A stretch of 64,000 bases of DNA from Histomonas meleagridis 2922-C6/04-290x (taxonomy: Eukaryota > Protista > Parabasalia): positions 62,001 to 126,000 of the forward strand of contig JAANOX010000269.1 of the NCBI GenBank assembly GCA_020184695.1, read 5' to 3'. Below, one piece after another: positions 50,495 through 62,024 of the stretch (position 1 is its first letter; each line of letters begins with the position of its first letter). The notes under the pieces are model-generated. The model made no database searches, had not been told where the DNA came from, and saw only the letters and a list, made by a program, of their open reading frames with translations. Position numbers and translations under genes: made by a program.

Positions 50495-51685
50495 TTAAAC
50501 TCATTGCATAAGCTGGCTGTAATATTTTTATTCAATTTTTTTGGCATAAATCATTCCGGGGGCTCTGTATTTACTACTTTACGTCGCCGATAAGGGATGA
50601 CAACCTTTTCTTGGTGAATTTTTCTCCAACTTCATAACAATTTTTCAGAAGTCGTTTGATAAATTATCAAAAATTTTTGAATTGATATAAAATTAATTTG
50701 TTTCTGCAAAATGGAAACAGTTGGAGAAGCTTTCGTCATATTTTTAGGTATATTTCAAATTGCTGAATTAGCTCTAATAATTCATGAAGCTTGATTATTT
50801 CAAAAAACACGTGTTTTTGTTTTTCATATATTTCCATGATAAATTTAACAATTTCTTGTTGATACATAAAATAGCACTACATAAACTTCAAGTTTATTAT
50901 GTTGTTTCCGAAAAAAGTGAGAAAAAAATTTTCCGTATTTTATAATAATTTATTAAATAATTTCCGCTTGAATTATCATATTAAATTCAAATTATAAGAA
51001 ACGGTATATGAAATAAATCACAAATGATAATCTTATTATGAAATTCAGTAAATTTATAATCCCCTAATTCTTTAATTGTTTCATTTGGCATGTATTGTAT
51101 AAAATATCCTTTAAACAATAAAATGTCCATATATATCAAAAATATCAATTTCTTGATGAATGTTCATTTCTAGTTTTTTTATTTCTTTAAGAAAATCCAA
51201 ATATAAATCAATATTTTTCATTCGTATGAATATAATTGCATATGTAATCCTAACAATAATTAAATTAAAAGAGAATGGATGAATATCATCAAATTTACTT
51301 ATAATTAATTTTGAAGATTGAATGATATTTTCTTTGTTTAAATTGAATATTGAATTTTTTATATATTGTAATGTTTCCCATGTTCTGATGTTACAACCAA
51401 CTGGCCATTTATATAGATTTACAAACTCCGATTTATATAGTTTATTTTAAATGAAATTTACAGGGCGCCCCTAATAACAGTTTATGGCAAATTATTGTCA
51501 AAATAAGTCAAATCGTTTTGCAGCTTGATCGGTTTTGACTGAAAAAATAAATATTTCACTTATGATTTCATAATTTTTGCTTGGTACTAACCATCTGATT
51601 TCAGAAGTTTTTTAAAAACAAAAAACACAAAACTAAAAATGATTTACTTTAGAACATACTATATTTTATTATTTATTTATCTTAG

Positions 51686-53050
51686 TTACATTTGCACAAT
51701 GAATTTGTCTTCTTTGAAATCATCTGCAAATGGGTCTTCTTCAATATTTGATATAGATATTCCTGTTGTGAATGTGTTTGTTGTTTGGTTATTATCATTT
51801 TGTTGTTCAGAAATTTCATTTTCAACAATTTCTTCTTTTTTATTTTTAATTCGAATCAATAATATAATTAGTAATGAAATTATAATAATAATAACAACAA
51901 CGCAAACGATTATTATGATAATTGTTGTTTTGTTGTCATTTGTTTGGAATTCATTGTTATAAATAAATGTAAAGAAGTTCGAATAATAAATATAATATGT
52001 CGAATAAATAATAACTGTGTAATCATAATAAATAAATTCTGTTTCAATATAAATATACGACGAATTAATTGTAAATAGTGAAAGTGATTTCGTTTGCATT
52101 TCATAATAAGTAAACGAATGTGTAATAGATAATGTGACCGTTAATAGATATGAAAAAGATTTCGTTAAATCATTTTGAAATGATTCAGTAAATGCATTTG
52201 ATTTTGAATATGTATTATTACTACTGAATGAATGCGGCGCTGAAAATGTATTTGAATCAGAATATGTATCACTTCGACTGAATGTGTGTGATGAAGAAAA
52301 TGAAATTGTTGCAATCGGGCTGCAGTTTCCTTCTGTGTTGTCTTTGTCAACACCTAAATTTCCAAATTTACTTCCTACGTATGTTGGATATGTGATAACA
52401 CTTGCTGTAACATTATAAAATGCACCTTCTCCAATATTTGGTTCTGTATCTCCATAATAATAAATGCATTCAAGTGAATTACAATTACCAAATGCTGATT
52501 CTTCAATTTCTCTTATTCCAGACCCAAGTGTTAATATTCTTAAATTAGAACATAATGAAAATGCTGAACCACCAATTGAAGTGACTGAATTTGGAATTGT
52601 AATGCTTTTGATGGATGAACACAATGAAAATGCTGAACCACCAATTGTTGTAACATTTTCGCCAAATATAATCCTTTCTAAATTAGAACATGACGAAAAC
52701 ACATAACCCCAATATATGATATAGAATTACCAAAAATTAACTGAAATAACTGATGGCCATTCTGAAAATGCACCATTCGGAATCGAATAAATTCCTTCAC
52801 TAATGTTTACAAATTTCGTGACGTTTTTATATTGATCAATTTGTTCAAAATCATTTAAATTTGTTATTATTAATGTTGAGTTATTATCATATAATATTTG
52901 AAAGGAATTTATGAAAAATATAATAAAAATTAAAACGTTTTTATGTTTTTTCTTTTCGCATGTTTTCAATTCGTAATTGGTCAACAAAAATTTCTGAAGA
53001 AAAAAAGTGGTTTTTCTGAAAAAAATATTGACATAAACCACTAATATCAT
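51686..53050 (-). pseudogene. BspA-like membrane protein copy 1, interrupted by a +1/-1 indel pair with an intervening stop
   Basis: ORFs 52727-53050 and 51686-52702 are in the same frame. Relative to the intact copy there is an extra A at 52732-52736 and a missing C at 52707-52710, with TAA at 52727-52729. TM and IEEDPFADDFKE tail. Confidence 0.8.
52266..52968. repeat. Near-identical 703-bp direct duplication (partner 57094-57796)
   Basis: Offset 4828 bp; two substitutions and two 1-bp indels found by eye inside it. Confidence 0.92.
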
Positions 53051-53117
53051 TGAAAAAACGGCGGTTAAACGAGTAAAAGCATTGAATTTAAGTGGTCGGT
53101 CTTTTTATCGTTTTGCA

Positions 53118-53561
53118 TCAATGAAAAAAACAAAGAAATTTACTCTGGGTCAAAGATAGATTCTCATAACATCTTTTCATGGTTTGCATTGATGTATTAC
53201 CTTCAGTCAGCATACTGGCTATAAAGGATTTATTTTGGGTAATTGTAAAATATGATTCTGATAATTTTAATTTGTCATTAAATATTTGAAGCACAACTAA
53301 TGTGTTCTCTGTACGAGCCAAGAAATCTGGAAATAAACTGGTTTTAAAGAAAATAGAATTCTTGTTAAATATATCAAAATTCTGGTTATGAATCTCAACG
53401 AATGGATCTTCTGCACTGCGCCCATGCGCAAGTCCTTCTTTGCAAAGGCTATTTTTCATATTTGATATTTTTATAGTCGTAAGGAATGGGCTTTCTGGTA
53501 TAATACTGTTACTAAATTGCTTTGTAATGGACGAAACGAGCAGCAAATGAAGAATTCTCAT
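53118..53561 (-). CDS. Hypothetical small protein with possible signal peptide
   Basis: 147-aa ATG-initiated ORF beginning MRILHLLLVSS; no recognised domain. Confidence 0.35.
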   Translation of the reverse strand: MRILHLLLVSSITKQFSNSIIPESPFLTTIKISNMKNSLCKEGLAHGRSAEDPFVEIHNQNFDIFNKNSIFFKTSLFPDFLARTENTLVVLQIFNDKLKLSESYFTITQNKSFIASMLTEGNTSMQTMKRCYENLSLTQSKFLCFFH

Positions 53562-54020
53562 GATTCAAGACCTGATATAGTCGAAGGCCCCAACCAAATA
53601 CACATCGGCTAATACAAAAGTTAAAAATCACACGGTTAATATATAAGAAATTTGTTGTTGTTTTTTTTGAGGTTTTTCAATTTAACCTGAAATTTTATTT
53701 CAATAATTAAAGGCGCCTACAAAAGGTGGCGCTTTAAATGATTATAAAGTCACTTTTAAATAATATAATGAATGAACGCGATAAAACTGAGTCTGGTGGT
53801 CGTAATGATACATCTTTGTTGGTGGTAAACATGTTTTAAGTTATTAAATTTCATTAATTTCAAGAGGTATGAATTTTTAATGACATATTAACCATTTCCT
53901 TCAAGATATATCATATTTTTAAATGAAATATATTAATGTATGTGTGTAAGTATTAAGGTCCATATCTAAATACTTCTAAATTAATTGTAATTATATTATA
54001 TTGAAGCATATCGTTAAAAT

Positions 54021-54421
54021 ATGGCTGATTCTACATGAAAAGTAACAATTCAGGTGAAAAAAACGAACACCTTGCAACAAAACTAAAGGCCGGCTTTGTA
54101 AACGCTTTATCAACTGCTGTGCTTTCATCGTTAATGGAGGAAGCATCATGCAAAGCAGTAGAGATTGCATGCCTTATTAGTGGACAAACATCAATAAGCG
54201 CAAAAATGAAATTGTTTTATCAAAGACCTTCAAGGTTAAGCTCTAATGTTTCTGTTATATCAAGAATTGTTGATATTGATAAAGATGGTATTCATTTTGA
54301 AATTGAAGCATCGGACGAAAAAGGGATTGTGTGAACAGCAAAACATACAAGGGTGTTTGTTGATAAAGATGATTTCGAAAAGCGTTGCTACGAAACTGCA
54401 AGACTCGCTCGCCAAATTTAG
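54021..54421 (+). pseudogene. HotDog-fold thioesterase (FlK/fluoroacetyl-CoA thioesterase-like), disrupted
   Basis: MADST*KVTIQV, a frameshift in the A7 run, EHLATKL...STAVLSSLMEEASC...FEIEASDEKGIV*TAKHTRVFVD..F; in-frame TGA at 54036 and 54332. Confidence 0.65.
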
Positions 54422-54709
54422 GTATTGTTTAGAATTGGTTCTTTGTCTTTATAAATCACGTTTTGCTAAAAACATTTATTGAGTTTATTACCTTAATGAC
54501 GACTATTGTGTGGACGATATCGATCGTTTTGGTCAGGAGCAATACTTCGCTTTGTAAAGTTATTCTCTTTAGCTTTTGATGGGATTCCATAAATTTCGAA
54601 ATATATTTTTGAATAACTAAAAACTCGTCTAATTCTTTAATAATGCTTTTAATATAATAATGTGAAGAATGTCAATTAATATTATAGAAAACAAAGAGAA
54701 GAAAAAATA

Positions 54710-55200
54710 CTTCAGCTCATAAAAAGTATTAAATTTTGTGACTGTGCGTTGTCGTGTATAAACGAATTAGATCTTGAAAATGTATTCGATTTTGTAAATG
54801 AATGTGTTGAAATTGGTGAACACGCACCACAGCATATTCATTATTCACTGGAAATGTCCAAATATTGTTGAATATGTAATAACTGATGACAATATACGGT
54901 TCTGAATTGCCAAAATAATAAAAGGTTACGTCATTCGGTGTCGCTGGCTTCTTTTAGTTATGTTCCAAGTGTTAATATCGTTAAATTATAACAATTAGAA
55001 AACGCAGAATCTCAATGTTTTGAACCGAATTCGGAAGTGTAGCATTTATTAGTGATGGATAAAATGAAAATGCTGAATTACGAATTGTTGTAACATTTCC
55101 TCCAAAATATGAGTATGATAAAAATACTGAATTTCCGATATGATTTACAGTGTTACAAAAATGAATATATGTAACTGATTTTGCAAATGAATTCATATGA
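54710..55200 (-). pseudogene. BspA-like relic
   Basis: GGNVTTIRNSAFSFYPSLINATLPNSV and stalk CSPISTHSFTKSNTFSRSNSF in broken frames. Confidence 0.7.
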
Positions 55201-56612
55201 ATTAACTATTAAAAGTGTAAAATTACAATCATCGAAAAATATATTTGAAAAGAATTCATGAAAAATAGAGCAACAGCAAAAGCATTTTTGGCTTTGTTTC
55301 CTTTGATTTTCAACCTAAGCCCTGAACTAAAATCGATTTTTTTCCGAAGAAACTATTTGATATAAACCGCTGTTAGATAATTGTAAACAATTGAATTTGG
55401 ATGATTCAAAATATTTTGCACCAATGAAGAAAATAAAAACTCCCAATGTAATTATAATATTTATCCAAGGTTTGTAGAGGAAGGTTACGTTCATCAAATG
55501 TAATGATTTTAAATGATTTTTTTGAGAAATTGTGAGATCTGATTCTAAAAAGTTTTTGTTTAAATACTAAAACATGGTTCGACGGAATCGTACATATATT
55601 GTCGGAGATGGGTTTTACATTTAAATTGTAATTAGTGACATCTGTAGAAATAATGCATAAAATTAATAAAAATTATTGTTAATTATTTCAAAAATTGGAA
55701 CCTTATCATTGCGTAGATGGTAAATGCCTCTTTATTTCTGTCCTTTATATATAAAAATTTTGTGTATTTGAAAAATGAATCTCGAAGCTTCATTTGAGTT
55801 CTGAATAATTTCAAGATGTACAAAATGAGCAGGAATTGAATAGCTTTCATGTTTCAATTTGAAATATAGCTGAAGACCTTAGTCACATTGGTCAATACAA
55901 AACTTGAAAATCTCACATTTAAATGATAAAAAGTTTGTTACTTTCTTGAAATTTTTCTATTTGCCTTTAAATCTTTCGCTTAATGTTTGAAAACAACAAG
56001 GTGATAAACGCACTTTTATATAATATTATGAATATACTTTGTGTTATGCGAACATTGCAATGAAGCAACTTTTTTGTTTATGAATTTATTTAGAAACTGG
56101 ATGAGTTTTGTGCGTTGTTCTATATCGCTTCGAAATATAATTCTTCATCTTGATTATATCAAATAAATGAGGAATCTACTTGCTTGTATATTAAACTTCA
56201 AAAAGGTTTAAACATTTATGCAAAAAGAAAACTTTAAATATTTGTGCAAAATTAATCATATGTGTTTCAAGTTGAAAATTTCAACAAGCATCTAAAAATA
56301 TTATCAGCAAATCATAATATTAATATTTATAATTATTGTTATATTTAAAAAAATTGATAATTAACTAATAACCAATGATACAAAAAGAGTACTTAAATTT
56401 AAATTTCTATTACAAACTATAAATCATTTAGTCAATGAAAAGTGTCTGCTTTCTTTAATCACATTTTTACCTCAAAACTATATTAATATATATCAAAAAA
56501 TTGTTAATCGATTAACATTTCAAATATTATCATTTCTCATTACGAATCATTTCATAGTTTTTAAATATATTACGATATATCAAATAAAAAATATATTTTA
56601 TTTTACATCAAA

Positions 56613-58295
56613 TTATAGCCAATTGTCTTCATCTTCTTGAACAATATCTTCAACTAAAGTATTCACTTCCTCCATTTGTTTTGTACTTGATGTAGTTGTA
56701 TCCTTAAATTGTAATTTCGATGTCGATTTTACTTTTTTGTTATTACTTTTGATTAAGAATATAACAATTCCAACAATTATTAACACAAATGCAATTGATC
56801 CGCAAATAATTCCAATCAATGCATTAGTTGTAAGTCCATTTGTTTGTAAAATGTTCGTGTGAAACATTGTAATGAAATTTGAATAATAATTATAATATGT
56901 CGAATACATAATAACTGTGTAATCATAATAAATAAATTCTGTTTCAACATAAGAAAATGTTGAATTAATTATGGATAATGAAAGTGATCTTGTTTGCGTT
57001 TCAGAATAAGTAAATGAATTTGTAATTGTCAATGTATATGTTAATGTATATGAAAATGAAAATGTTAAATCACTTTGATATGATCCAGTGAATGTATTAC
57101 TTCGACTGAATGTGTGTGATGAAGAAAATGAAATTGTTGCAATCGGGCTGCAGTTTCCTTCTGTGTTGTCTTTGTCAACACCTAAATTTCCAAATTTACT
57201 TCCTACGTATGTTGGATATGTGATAACACTTGCTGTAACATTATAAAATGCACCTTCTCCAATATTTGGTTCTGTATCTCCATAATAATAAATGCATTCA
57301 AGCGAATTACAATTACCAAATGCTGATTCTCCAATTTCTCTTATTCCAGACCCAAGTGTTAATATTCTTAAATTAGAACATAATGAAAATGCTGAACCAC
57401 CAATTGAAGTGACTGAATTTGGAATTGTAATGCTTTTGATGGATGAACACAATGAAAATGCTGAACCACCAATTGTTGTAACATTTTCGCCAAATATAAT
57501 CCTTTCTAAATTAGAACATGACGAAAACACATAACCCCCAATATATGATATAGAATTACCAAAATTAACTGAAATAACTGATGGCCATTCTGAAAATGCA
57601 CCATTCGGAATCGAATAAATTCCTTCACTAATGTTTACAAATTTCGTGACGTTTTTATATTGATCAATTTGTTCAAAATCATTTAAATTTGTTATTATTA
57701 ATGTTGAGTTATTATCATATAATATTTGAAAGGAATTTATGAAAAATATAATAAAAATTAAAACGTTTTTATGTTTTTTCTTTTCGCATGTTTTCAGTTT
57801 GTTCATTAAAAGTTTAATTTCAAAAAATAATAAAAATCCCAAAATAAAAATGTTATGCATCAGAACTTGAATAACTTTAATTAATTTGAACATTTTCTTT
57901 ATGAAAATATTATTCATTGAAAATGCTAAATGTGCTTTTAATGAAAAATGATTAAGTACTAAAGAAAAGAATTTGAAACAATGTTTAACATATGAAATTG
58001 GTAATTCTAATAAAGGGAAATGCCAATGACATTTTTCTGCACTGATGTTAAATGGATAGGATTCATTATCTTTGAGAATAATAAAATTTGTTACTTTAAT
58101 GGATACATTCGCTTTTTCATGGGATGAGGATGTAAAGTATATGTCCTCTTTGGATTTCGAAGTAAGGCAAGTGTAATGTTTGAAAGTTTGAGAAATGAAT
58201 AATTGATCATCAAAAATCTTTAAACCTGAATTTTGTGGAGAGATTTGTAACGAGCAAAAGAAATGCACGGGGAAAGCCAAGAAGAAATAACACAT
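56613..58295 (-). CDS. BspA-like membrane protein copy 2, with an unrelated N-terminal extension
   Basis: TpLRR repeats, short stalk, TM LIGIICGSIAFVLIIVGIVIFLI and tail EDEDNWL; alternative starts at 57860 and 57806. Confidence 0.8.
   Translation of the reverse strand: MCYFFLAFPVHFFCSLQISPQNSGLKIFDDQLFISQTFKHYTCLTSKSKEDIYFTSSSHEKANVSIKVTNFIILKDNESYPFNISAEKCHWHFPLLELPISYVKHCFKFFSLVLNHFSLKAHLAFSMNNIFIKKMFKLIKVIQVLMHNIFILGFLLFFEIKLLMNKLKTCEKKKHKNVLIFIIFFINSFQILYDNNSTLIITNLNDFEQIDQYKNVTKFVNISEGIYSIPNGAFSEWPSVISVNFGNSISYIGGYVFSSCSNLERIIFGENVTTIGGSAFSLCSSIKSITIPNSVTSIGGSAFSLCSNLRILTLGSGIREIGESAFGNCNSLECIYYYGDTEPNIGEGAFYNVTASVITYPTYVGSKFGNLGVDKDNTEGNCSPIATISFSSSHTFSRSNTFTGSYQSDLTFSFSYTLTYTLTITNSFTYSETQTRSLSLSIINSTFSYVETEFIYYDYTVIMYSTYYNYYSNFITMFHTNILQTNGLTTNALIGIICGSIAFVLIIVGIVIFLIKSNNKKVKSTSKLQFKDTTTSSTKQMEEVNTLVEDIVQEDEDNWL
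57094..57796. repeat. Second copy of the 703-bp duplication
   Basis: Matches 52266-52968. Confidence 0.92.
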
Positions 58296-59468
58296 TCGTG
58301 AGAAAACTTGAGAAACTTATTGATAAATCAGTCAAAAACGATACAGAGAGCTTCAACCGCTTCGCTTTTTAGTTATTTCATTGGTTAAACTTTTGCTGAT
58401 GCATGTTTTATAGTTTTTGCGATCGGAAGATGTTCACAAAGCTGACACTCAATATTTTCTTATAAAAAGTGACAGAAGGTTCCATAATTAAATTGTATCA
58501 AAATCCTGTTAAAAAATAAAAGAAAGAAGAAGACATCGTTCGCAACCAAGAAAACACGATGAATAAAAACATACAAAAAGTTTATTTCAATACAATTAAC
58601 AGATCACAGTGAATTTTGAATGCAGCATTTCTCCAAACAACGGTTTGATTTTAAACCTGTTGAAAAATCGATCTTAACCAATATTGATCGTTCGAAACCG
58701 TAACACTTTTGAAAAAGTGTAAAATGATTCCAAAAAATTTGGCATTTCTTATTTCCTTTGAATTATTCGTCAATGATTCGCCTCAGGCGAGAAATTGAGA
58801 GAAACCATCAAAAAACATGATCGTACAGTTATTGAAAAATTGGACTTCGAACTGAAATTTTTTCTGTAAAGTTTAGAAAATTGGGTTTTATTCACCAAAA
58901 AAACCAAATAAGAAATTTCAGTTTAAACTCACACGCTACGGTCAACTTCCTAAAATTCCAATGCCCCTTGAAAATCCAGAAGAAAATTGTGTCAGCACAA
59001 GAATATGCACAGAAAACAAAAAAACATTAAATATTTTGTGTTATGTAGCAGTTGCAACCACTTTGATAATACCCTTTAGGGAGAAATTTCATTTTGAATT
59101 AGTTCGTTCTTAACACAGCAAATCTACATTGTGTTTTTTTATATAAAAATATATTAAACATATATTGAAGAACAAATAATTTTATTTTGAAATAGAATTG
59201 TAACCTTGTTATTATTTTGGCATTTTTACCAAGTCACTCGAAATCTTCAACTGTAGGTAACTATCATATTCAAAATTACTTACATTTTTTACTCAGACAT
59301 TGATATAAAATGAAATTTAAAATCATGATTCCATGGAACATTAATTATGTAATTGAGTTCGAACAAATGCTGTTCTAAACTTCTTATAGATGGATAAAGT
59401 TTTAGCACAACGAATAATTTTGAAAATTTAATATTAGGAATAAACGCTATCTATACTTTATTCAAACA

Positions 59469-61552
59469 TTACATCCATTGATCATCATCTTCTTTTGCCA
59501 TTTCTCCTATTGTTTGTATCATTTCATATTGCTGTTCTTTTTTTCTAAATTGGAACTTAACGAATCACTAAACTTTCCATTAAGTTCCGAATCTGATTTA
59601 TCTTTTTTACTAATTCTAAATAACCAAACCATAACACCAATGATGATTAACACTAAAGCTATAGATCCACATATAATCCCAATAAGAGATACACTGTTTA
59701 AAACAGGTTCATCACTAATACGATATAAAGATTGAAATACAAATGTATAATAATCTGAATAAAAACTAATGATTGTAGTCATGTGAATAATTGAATATTC
59801 ATAAAATATTAATGTCGAATCGGATAAATACTGAGTGCGGAAAATTTGGGTAAATGAACTTATGTCAGATGAATATATTGTGAGAATAAACGAAAAACTG
59901 AGTGATGCACCAAATGGAAATGAAGAAGTGAAAGAATTGGACTCTGAAAATGAATTAGAATCTGTGAATGAATTCGACTTCGTAAATGTATTTGATTCAG
60001 AAAATGTGTTGGACTGTGAAAACGTGTTTGACTCTGAAAATGAATTTGATTGAGTAAATGTATTTGACTGTGAATATGTATTCGATTGGGAAAATGTATT
60101 CGTAGAGAAATTTAGTCGAACTGTAGTGATATTTCCTGTGATATTTTTATTATCTGTTGGAGCAACATGAAGATACATTTGATCCACAACATCATTAGTT
60201 GTAAATTTAATAGTATTCTCATAAGTTATATTTGTTAAATCATGTAACTCACAATTAGCATTAGCGCTAAATGTATAATTATAATGAGCGATTCCTTTTG
60301 TAACATTAACAACAACTTCTGACTCATTGATGCTTTGGCCTGTACCATTATATGCAACAACTTTAAATGTATATTGTGTACCAACATTTGCTTCAATTGT
60401 TATTAAATAATTTGCTTGATCTATTACTATGTCATTAATTTCTGGTTGCGATGTGTCAGGCAAATTAAGATAATGATCTTCAAACTCAGTTTCATTAGTT
60501 CTTTGCTTAAGATAAAATATAGTGTTGGCAAGGATTTTTCGTTCAAAAGATGTTGCCGAACCAGTGTGACCTGTTTGAACCATTGCTGTGTTTCCAAATG
60601 TGGTAAGATAGAAATTATCTGTTTCATTGCACTTGGTTGTATCATATTCGGGGGTACTAGCAAATGAAAACCAAATATCACCATGAGCTTTATGATGCGA
60701 AGTGTGAGAAAAATTAATTGACTCATCTTCTTCTCCCCTATTAATGAGGTTCCATGGGTACATTAAAAGTAATCCTTGCTTGTGAACTTCTATTTTGTCA
60801 GACTCTATGTAATTGAAATAATCTTTATCATGGTCTTTAACTGTAACATTAAATAACTTTCGAATAGCAACTATACCTTCGGCATTATTTTCATTATCTT
60901 CAAAACCAGAGGTGATCGAATCATGTCCAGTAATAAAGCCATATCCTTTTTTAATGTAATCACTGATAACTCCTTCTGCTGTTTCTGTTTTGATTGAGTA
61001 GCAGTCACTATAATCCCAAAATCCAAAAGCAGTGACATCAAAATGGTACAACCATGTTTGATTGGAGTTTTCCAACTCTTTTTCAAAATCATCTATAGAT
61101 TTGAGTGTTACATTAATAATTTGTTCACCATTAGAATCAGCACCACAAGCATCGTAATTATCGTTTTCAATATAGCCACCTTCCATCCAAACTTTTAAAG
61201 AAGCTGATTTGGGATAATTTGATTTAGAACCAGACTTAAAGCTCATATATACTTTTTCATTTGTTAAAAAAGGTTTGCATTCATTAATGTTAATCAACGC
61301 TGTACCATTGATACTATTTGATGGATAAATATTTAAAACATTGATAGTAGTTCCCCATTTGTGCGTGCTAACCGGTTCCCAGCCGCTTTTTGTTTCCAAA
61401 TATATTTTATAATAATCAGTTTGATTTTTTTCTTGATCATTAATTGTCCAATTGAGATAAACTCCACCAGCCCCATTTGCATATGTTGTATTGTATTTTG
61501 CATTAAGTATTAGTTCTTCGGAAAATAAGAAGAAATAGAAGTAAATAAACAT
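59469..61552 (-). CDS. Type-I surface protein with a non-LRR (possibly DUF5057-like, bacterial-type) ectodomain, SN stalk and TM; tail frameshifted at T7 run 59538-59544
   Basis: Signal MFIYFYFFLFS; INVLNIYP, LKVWMEG, FDVTAFGFWD, GHDS and NFYLTTFGNTAMVQTGH...ILANTIFYL; stalk; TM LIGIICGSIALVLIIIGVMVWLF. Restoring one A gives ...KEDDDQWM* ending at 59469 (ORF track ends at 59519). Confidence 0.8.
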
Positions 61553-62024
61553 TTAATCCTTTTTAAGTAGGACGAAAAGTCCCTGGAAACGATAGACCAT
61601 TCAATTTTGTGAATGGGTTATTTTATATAAACGATAATTCAATTTGTTTCAATTTGAATCATTACATAGCGGTTATTTTATACAGTTCGAAGTGTTGAAC
61701 GGAAAAACTTAATAAAAATTAACTTTATCCGTGATAAAACGATTAGTATTAGAATTAAATTTGGTTTTAATGTTATACAGGATATTTAGCATCTGTGATT
61801 CGATTATTAATTTCTGAAATATCATAAAAAATTCGTCAATGGAATTCGAGGTATAATTAAATAGAATTTAATTTATATTTTATATACATACAAGTTTAAT
61901 TATAATACTTTGTTATATTTTGGAGGAATTCTTTGTTTAAGCAACAATTTGACAAGTGAACTGAAAACATTTTGTTTGAATTGGTTTTAATCGTTTATTA
62001 AAGTGGCATTTTTTTGTATTTGGG

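Noticed and set aside
54021-54421. Alternative genetic code with TGA as a sense codon
   Set aside because: Well-formed genes here (MORN, large BspA, EB1, Rab) terminate at TGA; in-frame TGAs occur only in loci with other lesions.
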